Of a DNA stretch of 64,000 bases, positions 40,035-48,261 are shown piece after piece (positions within the stretch are counted from its first letter, which is position 1; every line of letters begins with the position of its first letter). The DNA is from Candidatus Nanoarchaeia archaeon (GTDB taxonomy: Bacteria; Patescibacteriota; Microgenomatia; Woykebacterales; RBG-16-39-9b). Both the position numbers and the translations under genes were made by a program. The notes beneath the pieces were generated by a model. It worked only from the letters and a program-made list of their open reading frames with translations, had not been told where the DNA came from and made no database searches. The stretch covers positions 42,368-106,367 of the forward strand of contig DATBWR010000016.1 in the NCBI GenBank assembly GCA_036514715.1, read 5' to 3'.

Positions 40035-40093
40035 TTCGCACTCCAATGCTTAATTTGCTAACGCATATTAAGGATTTATTAGGAATTTGTCAA
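40035..40093 (-). promoter_or_regulatory. groESL promoter with degenerate CIRCE operator
   Basis: TTGACA(40093-88)-N17-TAATAT, then TTAGCAaat-N9-GAGTGCgAA (40061-40035). Confidence 0.65.
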
Positions 40094-40122
40094 GGGTCTT
40101 GAGAAAGGTTTGCCTGGGTGAG

Positions 40123-41457
40123 TTATTCGGAGACTATCCCATATTTTTTTAGGGTGGGGCTGATGTTTTCGACAAAATCTTCCAGCGCTCCTTCAGTTGA
40201 GGTACCCTTTTCGATTGCCAGCAGCATTTTTTTCAACTCGGTAATTAGACTGTCATTTAAACTTTCGTCAAAAGTGTCGCTGTGAAAAAACCAGCTTTTT
40301 GCAGTGGCTGCTTGAGCTATATAGGCAGCTAAAAAGACGTTAGTAGTTTGTTCGGAGGCCATCTCGACTCTTGGGTAAGCTCGTGCAAAGCCATCTACTT
40401 TACTTTCCAGTTCAAAAACTTTTCTTAAAGTTGCTGGCTGACTTATATACTTTACAAATTCCCAAGCGTAACCTTTTTCCTCGCTAACAGAGTTTACCCC
40501 CAAAGCCCAGTAGCGCCCCCAAGTCACTAGGGGTGCTGATGGTAGTTGGGGGACAGGCTCAATCGCAAAGTCAAGCTTAAGATTTTCAGCTCGTATAAGA
40601 GCAAGCAGATCGTGAACTTTGTAAGCAGGTAACAGTATCATCGCTACTTTTCCCCGGCCAAAGGCTTCCAAGCTGTTGGGTTGGGTGTTATCCCAAGTTC
40701 GATCTTCTTCGGAGAAAGCCTCGTAGAAATTGACCGCATCTTTAGTAAGATTTGCCGACCCTTCCCGCTCGTTTAAAACTAGCTTCCCATTTTTAGTAAA
40801 CTCCACCCCGTTTTGCAAGAGAAACAAACCAATTATTTCTCCTAAATTTTCAACGTTGTTAGTTGCCCCCAACGCAATACCAGAATTTATAATTCTTTCT
40901 TTATCGGCAGTTGTTAACGAAGGAACAAAATCAGAACGAAGCGAAGTCCAAGTACTGGGTGCTGAGGCGAAGTTTTTGGAGGTAAAAATATCTTTGTTGT
41001 ATAAAAGGGCCAGACCATCAATTTCCAAAGGCACTCCCCGATAATCACCGCCAATTTTCATATCCGTCTTAGTAATTGGGTAAAAAGTTTTCTCGTAATC
41101 AGCCTTGCTAAAAATACTCCCTGGCAGACTGTCTAAATGCTCGGCAAGCAGCGGTCCCCAACCAGAGTGCCACCAAAAGACGTCCGGGGGTTCGGGGTTG
41201 TTAAGCTCAGCTTTTAAATTAGCAAAGTACTGCCCAGGCGGTTTTTGCTCATAAGTCAAGGTAATTTCAGGGTACTCTTTTAGAAAGTCCTCTTTAATAG
41301 CCTCGAAAACTTCTTTATCCCAAAGTCCGGCAACTTTAAGCGGCACCGACCCAGGCTCTTTTTTGAGAGGGTAAAAAAGTGTTAATAAAAGATAAGTTAG
41401 AAGAAAAGCAGCAACAAAAACGATGATGAGCGGAAGAGCTTTACGAGCAGAAATCAT
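40123..41457 (-). CDS. Extracellular solute-binding protein (sugar ABC-type), orphan
   Basis: PDVF, GVPLEIDGLALLYNKDIF, F..GKVAM, AWEFVKY. Confidence 0.85.
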   Translation of the reverse strand: MISARKALPLIIVFVAAFLLTYLLLTLFYPLKKEPGSVPLKVAGLWDKEVFEAIKEDFLKEYPEITLTYEQKPPGQYFANLKAELNNPEPPDVFWWHSGWGPLLAEHLDSLPGSIFSKADYEKTFYPITKTDMKIGGDYRGVPLEIDGLALLYNKDIFTSKNFASAPSTWTSLRSDFVPSLTTADKERIINSGIALGATNNVENLGEIIGLFLLQNGVEFTKNGKLVLNEREGSANLTKDAVNFYEAFSEEDRTWDNTQPNSLEAFGRGKVAMILLPAYKVHDLLALIRAENLKLDFAIEPVPQLPSAPLVTWGRYWALGVNSVSEEKGYAWEFVKYISQPATLRKVFELESKVDGFARAYPRVEMASEQTTNVFLAAYIAQAATAKSWFFHSDTFDESLNDSLITELKKMLLAIEKGTSTEGALEDFVENISPTLKKYGIVSE

Positions 41458-41460
41458 TAA

Positions 41461-42336
41461 CTAAGAGCCTTTTATTTCATTCAAATAATTTTTTAAATCG
41501 TCTGCCAAATCGTCCCTGCGGAGCGCAAACTCAATATTAGCTTCAATAAACCCAAGCTTATTGCCAATATCGTAATAACGGCCATTTTCGATTAATACCG
41601 TGTAAACAGGCTCGTTCTTAACCATTTCTCCAATTGCTTCCGGCAGCCAGAGCTCCCCGCCCTTACCTGGCTTGAGGTTATCCAAATATTTCCAAATGCT
41701 GGGCGCTAGAACGTAAGCCCCGTGAGTAGCAATATCAGAGGGGGCTTCATTGGCGGGGGGTTTTTCAACAATTGCCTCAATTTGATAAACATTGCCTTCC
41801 ACTTGCTTGACCGCGGCAATGCCGTACTTACTTAGGTCTTCCTTCTTAATAATTTTTACTCCACTAATTACACTGTGGCCGTACTTGTCATAAACGTCGA
41901 GAAGTTGTTTCAGGCGAGGCGGCTGGGCATAAATAAACTCATCTCCCCAAATTACGGCAAAGGGTTCGTCGCGAACCAAATGTTTAGCCGTAATTACCGG
42001 GGTGGCGTTACCGTAGTTGCCTTTTTGACGAACGTAGATGAAGTTAGCCATTTCGGCAATTTCGCGAATTTCACTAGCTTTATCCTCTTTACCTGACGCT
42101 TTCAAAAAGTTTTCCAACTCCAAACTGCGATCAAAGTGATCTTCAATTGCCCGTTTGCCACTACCAGTAACAATAATGATGTCAGTTATCCCAGAACCAA
42201 CTACTTCCTCAACCACGTATTGGATAACCGGCTTATCCACAATCGGCAACATTTCTTTGGGCATTGCTTTAGTAGCCGGCAGAAAGCGGGTCCCAAAACC
42301 AGCTGCGGGAATAATTGCCTTAGTTACCTTAGTCAT
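41461..42336 (-). CDS. galU: UTP--glucose-1-phosphate uridylyltransferase
   Basis: KAIIPAAGFGTRFLPATKAMPKEMLPIVDKP. Confidence 0.95.
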   Translation of the reverse strand: MTKVTKAIIPAAGFGTRFLPATKAMPKEMLPIVDKPVIQYVVEEVVGSGITDIIIVTGSGKRAIEDHFDRSLELENFLKASGKEDKASEIREIAEMANFIYVRQKGNYGNATPVITAKHLVRDEPFAVIWGDEFIYAQPPRLKQLLDVYDKYGHSVISGVKIIKKEDLSKYGIAAVKQVEGNVYQIEAIVEKPPANEAPSDIATHGAYVLAPSIWKYLDNLKPGKGGELWLPEAIGEMVKNEPVYTVLIENGRYYDIGNKLGFIEANIEFALRRDDLADDLKNYLNEIKGS

Positions 42337-42410
42337 GGCTAATATGGTAACATAGGTTAGTGTTTATTGGAAGTTAAGTTCGTAGCTACCTATAAAGGAG
42401 GTGTTAACCT

Positions 42411-42980
42411 TTGCTTAAGAACACTTTTCAAAGAGTCGGTGTTTTTATTGATATCCAAAATCTTTACTATTCAGCCAAAAATCTCTACAGTGCTAAAGTA
42501 AATTTTGGAAAAATTTTGGAAACTGCAGTTGCTGGCCGGCAACTAATTCGTGCCTTTGCTTACGTCATACGGGCTGATATTCCCGAAGAGCAACCTTTTT
42601 TCGATGCTCTTACCAAGAGTGGTTTCGAAGTTAAAGCTAAAGATATTCAAATTTTTCCCGGGGGAGTGAAAAAGGGTGATTGGGACGTGGGAATTGTCAC
42701 GGATATGATCCGTCTTGGTCCAAAGCTTGATGTGATGATTTTGGTTTCCGGTGACGGGGACTATGTGCCGGCGCTTGAATATTTGCGCAACCAAGGACAT
42801 CTAATCGAGGTAATTGCTTTTGGTAAAAGTACTTCAGCCAAACTAATTACCGAAGCTGATGAATTTACAGATTTAGATCAAGAAGCGCAGAAATACTTAA
42901 TTCGAACCTATAGAAACCAACCAAGACGAGCCTACCACCGTAACCCCAACCGGGAAAAAACTAATTTAGAGGAACTGTAA
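42411..42980 (+). CDS. NYN-domain (LabA/DUF88) protein
   Basis: FIDIQN, KGDWDVGI, VSGDGDY; AAGGAGG RBS. Confidence 0.9.
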   Translation: MLKNTFQRVGVFIDIQNLYYSAKNLYSAKVNFGKILETAVAGRQLIRAFAYVIRADIPEEQPFFDALTKSGFEVKAKDIQIFPGGVKKGDWDVGIVTDMIRLGPKLDVMILVSGDGDYVPALEYLRNQGHLIEVIAFGKSTSAKLITEADEFTDLDQEAQKYLIRTYRNQPRRAYHRNPNREKTNLEEL

Positions 42981-43163
42981 CTTGTTGTTGCATGAGATGC
43001 TTATAGGATTGGTTAAATCTAATTATTGACTATAGGTCTGCTCTCTGCTGTGGTTTTTGTCGCTTAATTACTATTGTGCGACGTTTCGAATCGTGCCGAT
43101 ATTGAAGTGGATATTGGGCGGGCGAATCTCTCAAGTCTTGTGCAATATGTTAGAATGCACACA

Positions 43164-43364
43164 ATGGATAACTCAGTTTCTAGTCAAATCGGCTACCTGC
43201 TAGCGGTCGGGGGCCTAGTTGTCATTCCCTTAGGTATTTTGGTTTCGGCTTCAGCAGCGTTATTTGCGATCGCGACTCACAAACGAAGGTTGTGGCCATA
43301 TGTTAAATGGCCGCTCCTAGTGACGATCGGACTCACCCTTCTTTACACGCTAGCCATCGGCTAG
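43164..43364 (+). CDS. Small 2-TM hypothetical protein
   Basis: TGtTAGAAT 7 nt before ATG; two hydrophobic segments. Confidence 0.55.
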   Translation: MDNSVSSQIGYLLAVGGLVVIPLGILVSASAALFAIATHKRRLWPYVKWPLLVTIGLTLLYTLAIG

Positions 43365-43457
43365 TTATCTTCGGCAAGCGGACCAGCCGCCGGCCGCTAT
43401 GACCCCGCAAGCGACAAAGACTTTCTTCGTCTCATTGGGCTCTTTCCAGATAGTAGT

Positions 43458-43604
43458 GTGATCGTCTGTCATTCTGCTTGGGAACCGATTTTTGGCGACA
43501 CGGTTAGAGCTTCGAAAATAGTAGATAGGATTAAAGAACGGCGTGCTGAAATTGTTATCGATGGTGACTCGTATAGAGTTAGGGATAAACTTCTAGTCTC
43601 TTAG
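43458..43604 (+). pseudogene. Remnant of the C-terminus of an IstB/DnaC-like ATPase
   Basis: Translates ...WEPIFGDTVRASKIVDRIKERRAEIVIDGDSYR...; no Walker motifs upstream. Confidence 0.7.
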
Positions 43605-43827
43605 ATTAGTGTAGAAACGTCTACTGCAACCCCAACCGGGAAAAAGCTAATTTAGAGGAACTATAAATTGGAATAGAAATGGATCCCTTCGGGTTCCTTT
43701 TTACTACAAGAAAATAGTGAAGCCCGCCCCGCATTGAGTTGACATTGAAGTCTTCTCGCGGGGCGGGCTCTTGCGTAGTCTCAATTAAAGTCGAGAACTA
43801 CGCGCCGGCGTCGAAGGGTCGGCTGGC

Positions 43828-43914
43828 TCAGCTACCCGGGACGGCGCCGAAGTCGAGGTCGACGATGGACGTACAGGCGATTTGCTTTATGCTCGTGATC
43901 TTGCCCGGGTCCAA
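43828..43914 (-). CDS. Micro-ORF B, 28 aa: MDPGKITSIKQIACTSIVDLDFGAVPGS
   Basis: Dedicated promoter; GAAAGGGG RBS before TTG; C-ending codon bias. Confidence 0.55.
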   Translation of the reverse strand: MDPGKITSIKQIACTSIVDLDFGAVPGS

Positions 43915-43977
43915 ATGAAACCCCTTTCCTGAAAGCTTTGTTGTCCCATGACGACAAAGCACTTACCGATAGCAAAC

Positions 43978-44016
43978 ATTCTAGCATAGCCGTCAATTCT
44001 TGTCAACCACTATAGG
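43978..44016 (-). promoter_or_regulatory. Sigma70 promoter of micro-ORF B
   Basis: CCTATAG-tgg-TTGACA-N17 (ending TGc)-TAGAAT. Confidence 0.8.
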
Positions 44017-44141
44017 ATCCTCGTATTTACTATCTCCTACCGGAGATTAAATACTGTGGATCCTGCGCTCCAGCAATAGTCTAACGACATTAATCCAAAG
44101 GACGCAAAGCGCGCAGCGATTTATTTCGCTGGAAGCTTAGG
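44010..44141. repeat. Double-hairpin element, copy B
   Basis: CTATAGGATCC...GGATCCTGCGCTCCAGC...GCTGGAAGCTTAGG. Confidence 0.65.
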
Positions 44142-44167
44142 CCCCTTGACTATGTTAAAATTGGCTG

Positions 44168-45151
44168 GTGAAGATTTTAGGTATTGAAACTAGTTGTGAT
44201 GAGACTGCTGTCGCAGTGGTCGAAGACGGAGTAAAAATTCTCTCCAATGTGGTAGCTTCTTCGCTGCCTTTACATGCAAAAACCGGTGGTATAATTCCGG
44301 AAACTGCTGCCCGCGAACAGCTCCGTTTGATGATCCCAACTGTTGAAAAAGCTTTGCTGGAAAGCAAGTTAAAACCGCAAGATTTAGATGCTATTGCGGT
44401 AACACAAGGACCCGGTCTTCTAGGTTCCTTGTTAATCGGTGTCGAAACTGCTAAAACTCTTTCCTTTGTTTGGAATAAACCTTTAGTACCCATAAATCAC
44501 CTTGTCGGTCATGTTTACGCTAATTGGCTGGAAAACCCCTCTCCTCCTAAATTTCCTAATCTAACTTTGATCGTCTCCGGAGGCCACTCAGAGCTGGTCA
44601 TAGCAGGCAACCACGGCGATTTTGAATGGCTTGGTGGCACTCGAGACGATGCGGCCGGAGAAGCTTTTGATAAAACCGCCAGAGTTTTGGGACTTACCTA
44701 CCCAGGAGGTCCGGCAATTCAGAAAGCTGCTGCGAGCCACAAACATATCGATAACTCTTTGCCCAGACCTTTACACGACAGCGGCGATTTTGATTTCTCC
44801 TTCAGCGGGCTTAAAACTGCAGTGGTCAATAAAGCTAGTAATAAGAGGTTTTCTGATCAAGAGACTGCTGATTTTGCCGCCAGTATCCAAGAGGCGATTG
44901 TTGATTCACTACTTAACAAAACCCTTAAGGCCGCTAAAAAATATAATGTTAAAGAGTTGCTGCTGGCTGGAGGTGTAGCTGCCAATGCGCGATTAACCGA
45001 GAAGGCGAGGGAAAGCTTCTCCGGAAAAGTGCACGTTGCTCCACCCAAATTATGCGTGGACAACGGGGCCATGATCGCTGCCGCTGCCTTTTTTAACTAC
45101 AAACCGGTTCCCTGGCAAGACGTACAAGCTGACAGCGGCCTTTTCTTTTAG
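44168..45151 (+). CDS. tsaD: tRNA t6A threonylcarbamoyltransferase
   Basis: ILGIETSCDET, HLVGH, VSGGHS, DDAAGEAFDK, FSFSGLKT. Confidence 0.96.
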   Translation: MKILGIETSCDETAVAVVEDGVKILSNVVASSLPLHAKTGGIIPETAAREQLRLMIPTVEKALLESKLKPQDLDAIAVTQGPGLLGSLLIGVETAKTLSFVWNKPLVPINHLVGHVYANWLENPSPPKFPNLTLIVSGGHSELVIAGNHGDFEWLGGTRDDAAGEAFDKTARVLGLTYPGGPAIQKAAASHKHIDNSLPRPLHDSGDFDFSFSGLKTAVVNKASNKRFSDQETADFAASIQEAIVDSLLNKTLKAAKKYNVKELLLAGGVAANARLTEKARESFSGKVHVAPPKLCVDNGAMIAAAAFFNYKPVPWQDVQADSGLFF

Positions 45152-45189
45152 CTTGTTTAGAACTCAGGTTTTGGTATAATCGCTTGCGC

Positions 45190-47274
45190 ATGGATAAAGT
45201 TTACGAACACAAAAATATTGAGGAAAAATGGTACTCTTTTTGGGAAAAAGAGGGTTTTTTTAAACCTAGTTCTTCCAAGAAAACTTTCACGATCATCCTC
45301 CCCCCACCTAATGCCAACGGCCGGCTGCATATTGGCCACGCTATGTATGTGATTGAGGACATTATGGCCCGTTACCATCGCATGTGTGGTGAAGCAACTC
45401 TCTGGCTACCTGGAGCAGATCATGCTGGCATTCTCACTCAAGTGGTTTACGAACGTGAGCTGGAAAAGCAAGGTAAAACCCGACACGATCTTGGACGAGA
45501 AAAGTTTTACGAAGAAACTTACAAATTTACTCAAGGTAGTAAAAAACAAATGTATGAACAACTCCGAAGAATGGGTTTTTCTCTAGATTGGTCCCGCGAG
45601 AAATTTACTCTAGACCCGAAAATTTCTCAGGCAGTTTATAAAACTTTCAAAATGCTCTACGATGACGAACTTATCTACCGCGGCACGCGGATGATTAACT
45701 GGTGCCCACGTTGCGCCACAGTTTTGTCTGATTTGGAAGTTAATCACGTTGAAAAAGAATCTAACCTCTGGTTTATTAAGTATCCTGTTAAAGACACTGG
45801 ACAATTCATTACCGTTGCCACTACCCGTCCGGAAACTATGCTTGGTGATACTGCCGTGGCAGTTAATCCAGACGATAAGCGCTATAAAAATTTAGTTGGG
45901 AAAACCGTTGTTTTACCACTTACAAACCGAGAAATTCCGATTATTGCCGATAGCTTTGTCGATTCTGAGTTTGGAACTGGAGCGGTTAAAGTTACCCCAG
46001 CCCATGATCCCAATGACTACGAGATCGGTGAGCGCCATAAGTTAGAAAGTGTCCAAGTGATTGGTTTCGACGACAAAATGACTAAGGAGGCAGGAAAATA
46101 CTCCGAATTGGATAAATACACTGCTCGCAAACAAATTGTCTCCGACTTAGAAAAACAGGGCCTTTTGGATAAAACTGAGCGTCATAAAAGCAGCATTGGG
46201 GTTTGTGAACGCTGCGGCACTGTGGTCGAACCACAAATCTCCAAGCAGTGGTTTGTAGCAGTTAATAAAACTGGTAAATCTGGTAAGAATTTAGCTAAAG
46301 ATGCTCTCAAAGCTGTCGCAGAAAAACAGATAAAAATCATCCCCGAGAGATTTGAAAAGATTTACTACAATTGGATGGAAGATTTGCATGATTGGTGCAT
46401 ATCGAGGCAGCTGTGGTGGGGTCAGCAAATTCCCGTTTGGTACAAAGGTGAGGAAATTCATGTTGGCGAAGATTCGCCCGGTGAGGGTTGGCACCAAGAC
46501 CCAGATACTCTGGATACTTGGTTTTCCTCCGGTCAATGGCCTTACACAACTCTAGGCTGGGGACAAAAGGATGATAGTGATTTCAAGCGTTTTTACCCAA
46601 CTACAGTCATGGAAACCGGCTACGATATTCTCTTTTTCTGGGTAGCCCGCATGATCATGCTTGGAATTTACTCTACTGACAAAGTACCTTTTGAAAATGT
46701 TTATTTACACGGTTTAGTTCGTGACGAAAAGGGTCAGAAAATGAGTAAAAGTAAAAACAACGTTATTGACCCACTGGTAGTTGCCGATCAATACGGGGCG
46801 GATGCGGTCCGCATAGCACTAGTTTTTGGAACGGGGGCAGGTAATGATGCCAATATTGGCGAAAGTAAAATAAAAGGTATGCGCAATTTTACTAACAAAC
46901 TCTGGAACATCGGTCGCTATATTATTGATATGAAACCGGAAAAAGTTCGCGCAAAAGCTGAGATGAATAAGGATGATAAATTGATTCTGGAAGAACTAGC
47001 TAAAACCCGCAAAATAGTAACTGAAGCTATTGAAAACTACAGGTTTGGCCAAGCAGCTGAAGAGCTCTACGAGTTTGTTTGGCATAAGTTTGCTGACAAG
47101 TACATAGAGATGAGTAAAAACCGCCGTAGTGAGGCTCAGGCGACCTTAGAGAAGGTCTTTGAAGAAAGCTTGTGCTTGCTTCATCCCTTCATGCCGTTTA
47201 TAACTGAGGAGTTATGGCAGAAATTACCCCACGAAGGGTCTTCAATCATGATTAGTACATGGCCGGGAAAGTAA
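45190..47274 (+). CDS. valS: Valine--tRNA ligase (no C-terminal coiled-coil arm)
   Basis: PPPN..G.LHIGH, DWCISRQLWWG, LDTWFSS, KMSKS. Confidence 0.97.
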   Translation: MDKVYEHKNIEEKWYSFWEKEGFFKPSSSKKTFTIILPPPNANGRLHIGHAMYVIEDIMARYHRMCGEATLWLPGADHAGILTQVVYERELEKQGKTRHDLGREKFYEETYKFTQGSKKQMYEQLRRMGFSLDWSREKFTLDPKISQAVYKTFKMLYDDELIYRGTRMINWCPRCATVLSDLEVNHVEKESNLWFIKYPVKDTGQFITVATTRPETMLGDTAVAVNPDDKRYKNLVGKTVVLPLTNREIPIIADSFVDSEFGTGAVKVTPAHDPNDYEIGERHKLESVQVIGFDDKMTKEAGKYSELDKYTARKQIVSDLEKQGLLDKTERHKSSIGVCERCGTVVEPQISKQWFVAVNKTGKSGKNLAKDALKAVAEKQIKIIPERFEKIYYNWMEDLHDWCISRQLWWGQQIPVWYKGEEIHVGEDSPGEGWHQDPDTLDTWFSSGQWPYTTLGWGQKDDSDFKRFYPTTVMETGYDILFFWVARMIMLGIYSTDKVPFENVYLHGLVRDEKGQKMSKSKNNVIDPLVVADQYGADAVRIALVFGTGAGNDANIGESKIKGMRNFTNKLWNIGRYIIDMKPEKVRAKAEMNKDDKLILEELAKTRKIVTEAIENYRFGQAAEELYEFVWHKFADKYIEMSKNRRSEAQATLEKVFEESLCLLHPFMPFITEELWQKLPHEGSSIMISTWPGK

Positions 47275-47306
47275 ATATCCGAAGTTACAGAATGCTTTAG
47301 CTGTCT

Positions 47307-47390
47307 ATAACTGAGGATCTCTGGCAAAAACTTCCCAACAAACAAGGCGAATCGATCGTGGTTTCCGAATGGCCTAAAGCTCAAGGATAA
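47307..47390 (+). pseudogene. Diverged second copy of the valS 3' end
   Basis: ITEDLWQKLPNKQGESIVVSEWPKAQG* versus valS ITEELWQKLPHEGSSIMISTWPGK*. Confidence 0.8.
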
Positions 47391-47803
47391 AGCTTCAAAA
47401 ACTCGTCGGGTGTCACGATTTTAATCCCTCGAAACTCTTTCAATTCCAGTAACCCTTTGTCGCCAGTCACAATAAAATCGACCTTTCCTTCAACTGCTGC
47501 CTCTAAAACTCGGTTATCATCTTGATCTTCAAGAACAGCGATCTGCTCTCTTGGGTTAAGTACTACAGCATTTTTACGTATTAAATTTAAAGACTTGTCA
47601 ATCTTCTGGTCGTAAAAACCGAATTTTTTAACTAAAACGTCTGCAAGCTCCGCTAGCAAAACTTCTGAAGTGAGGGCTTGAACTTCTTTACTAAGAACTT
47701 TTTGGAAAATAGTGCCGGGCTTACCAGCGAAAATTACAGCGGAGATAAAAATATTGGTGTCGAGTACAACGCGTAATTTTTTAACGGCCGTGGCGGTATT
47801 CAT
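47381..47803 (-). CDS. PIN-domain toxin (VapC-like)
   Basis: VVLDTNIFISA, D.DDNRVLEAA, IVTGDK.LL. Confidence 0.9.
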   Translation of the reverse strand: MNTATAVKKLRVVLDTNIFISAVIFAGKPGTIFQKVLSKEVQALTSEVLLAELADVLVKKFGFYDQKIDKSLNLIRKNAVVLNPREQIAVLEDQDDNRVLEAAVEGKVDFIVTGDKGLLELKEFRGIKIVTPDEFLKLYP

Positions 47804-48023
47804 GCACTAAGCGGTTAACGTCTTCCTCGGATTTTATTCCCATTTTCTTGGCAACCTCGCGACCATATTCTCTGAGACTTTGCCACTCTTCCATATTTTC
47901 GATGTAACGTCTTGTTACCTCACGGATTAACTCACTGCGGCTACGTGCTTCAGTTTCGGCTTGCTTATCAATTTTTTCTAAAAGGCTTTTAGGAATGGAG
48001 ATGTTAATTGTCTGGGTTTTCAT
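47781..48023 (-). CDS. Ribbon-helix-helix (CopG) antitoxin
   Basis: INISIP..LL..ID..A....SRSELIRE; overlaps the toxin gene. Confidence 0.9.
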   Translation of the reverse strand: MKTQTINISIPKSLLEKIDKQAETEARSRSELIREVTRRYIENMEEWQSLREYGREVAKKMGIKSEEDVNRLVHEYRHGR

Positions 48024-48058
48024 ACAAAGATTGTATGTTTTATGTATAAGTTTGTCAA
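48021..48058 (-). promoter_or_regulatory. TA promoter with palindromic operator
   Basis: TTGACA-N17-TACAAT-6 nt-ATG; CATACAA-N3-TTGTATG palindrome at 48021-48037. Confidence 0.75.
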
Positions 48059-48064
48059 TGATTT

Positions 48065-48250
48065 AGCCAACAAAAAACAACCCTTCGCGTTAAGCTTCGC
48101 GGTACAAGAAAGGCACCTGGTAACTGGCTTCAAATGTGTTTCTTCAGGGCATCCGCCAGCTGGCGGACATTGCAATGACAGTTATAACTACATTCAACTC
48201 CAGTTACTAAGTGCCTTTAGAGTTTCCAGTAACTTTTTAAATTGTTAACA
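48065..48250 (-). ncRNA. Candidate rod-like small RNA (possibly 6S-like)
   Basis: Perfect TTGACA-N17-TATAAT at 48284-48256; 19-bp stem with one mismatch; U-rich 3' end; no credible ORF. Confidence 0.45.
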
Positions 48251-48261
48251 ATGGTATTATA

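Larger units (their letters stand above)
42942..43666 (+). repeat. 39-bp direct repeat (42942-42980 and 43628-43666) duplicating the NYN gene 3' end
   Basis: AACCCCAACCGGGAAAAARCTAATTTAGAGGAACTRTAA; 37/39 identical. Confidence 0.9.

Noticed and set aside
43362-43364. Programmed TAG readthrough joining the 2-TM ORF to the IstB-like segment
   Set aside because: Sharing a frame has a one-in-three chance, and the ATPase part lacks Walker motifs, so decay is the simpler explanation.
44095-44115. GGACGCAAAGC resembling a c-di-GMP-I riboswitch
   Set aside because: The upstream GNRA-capped P2 and the P1/P3 context are missing.
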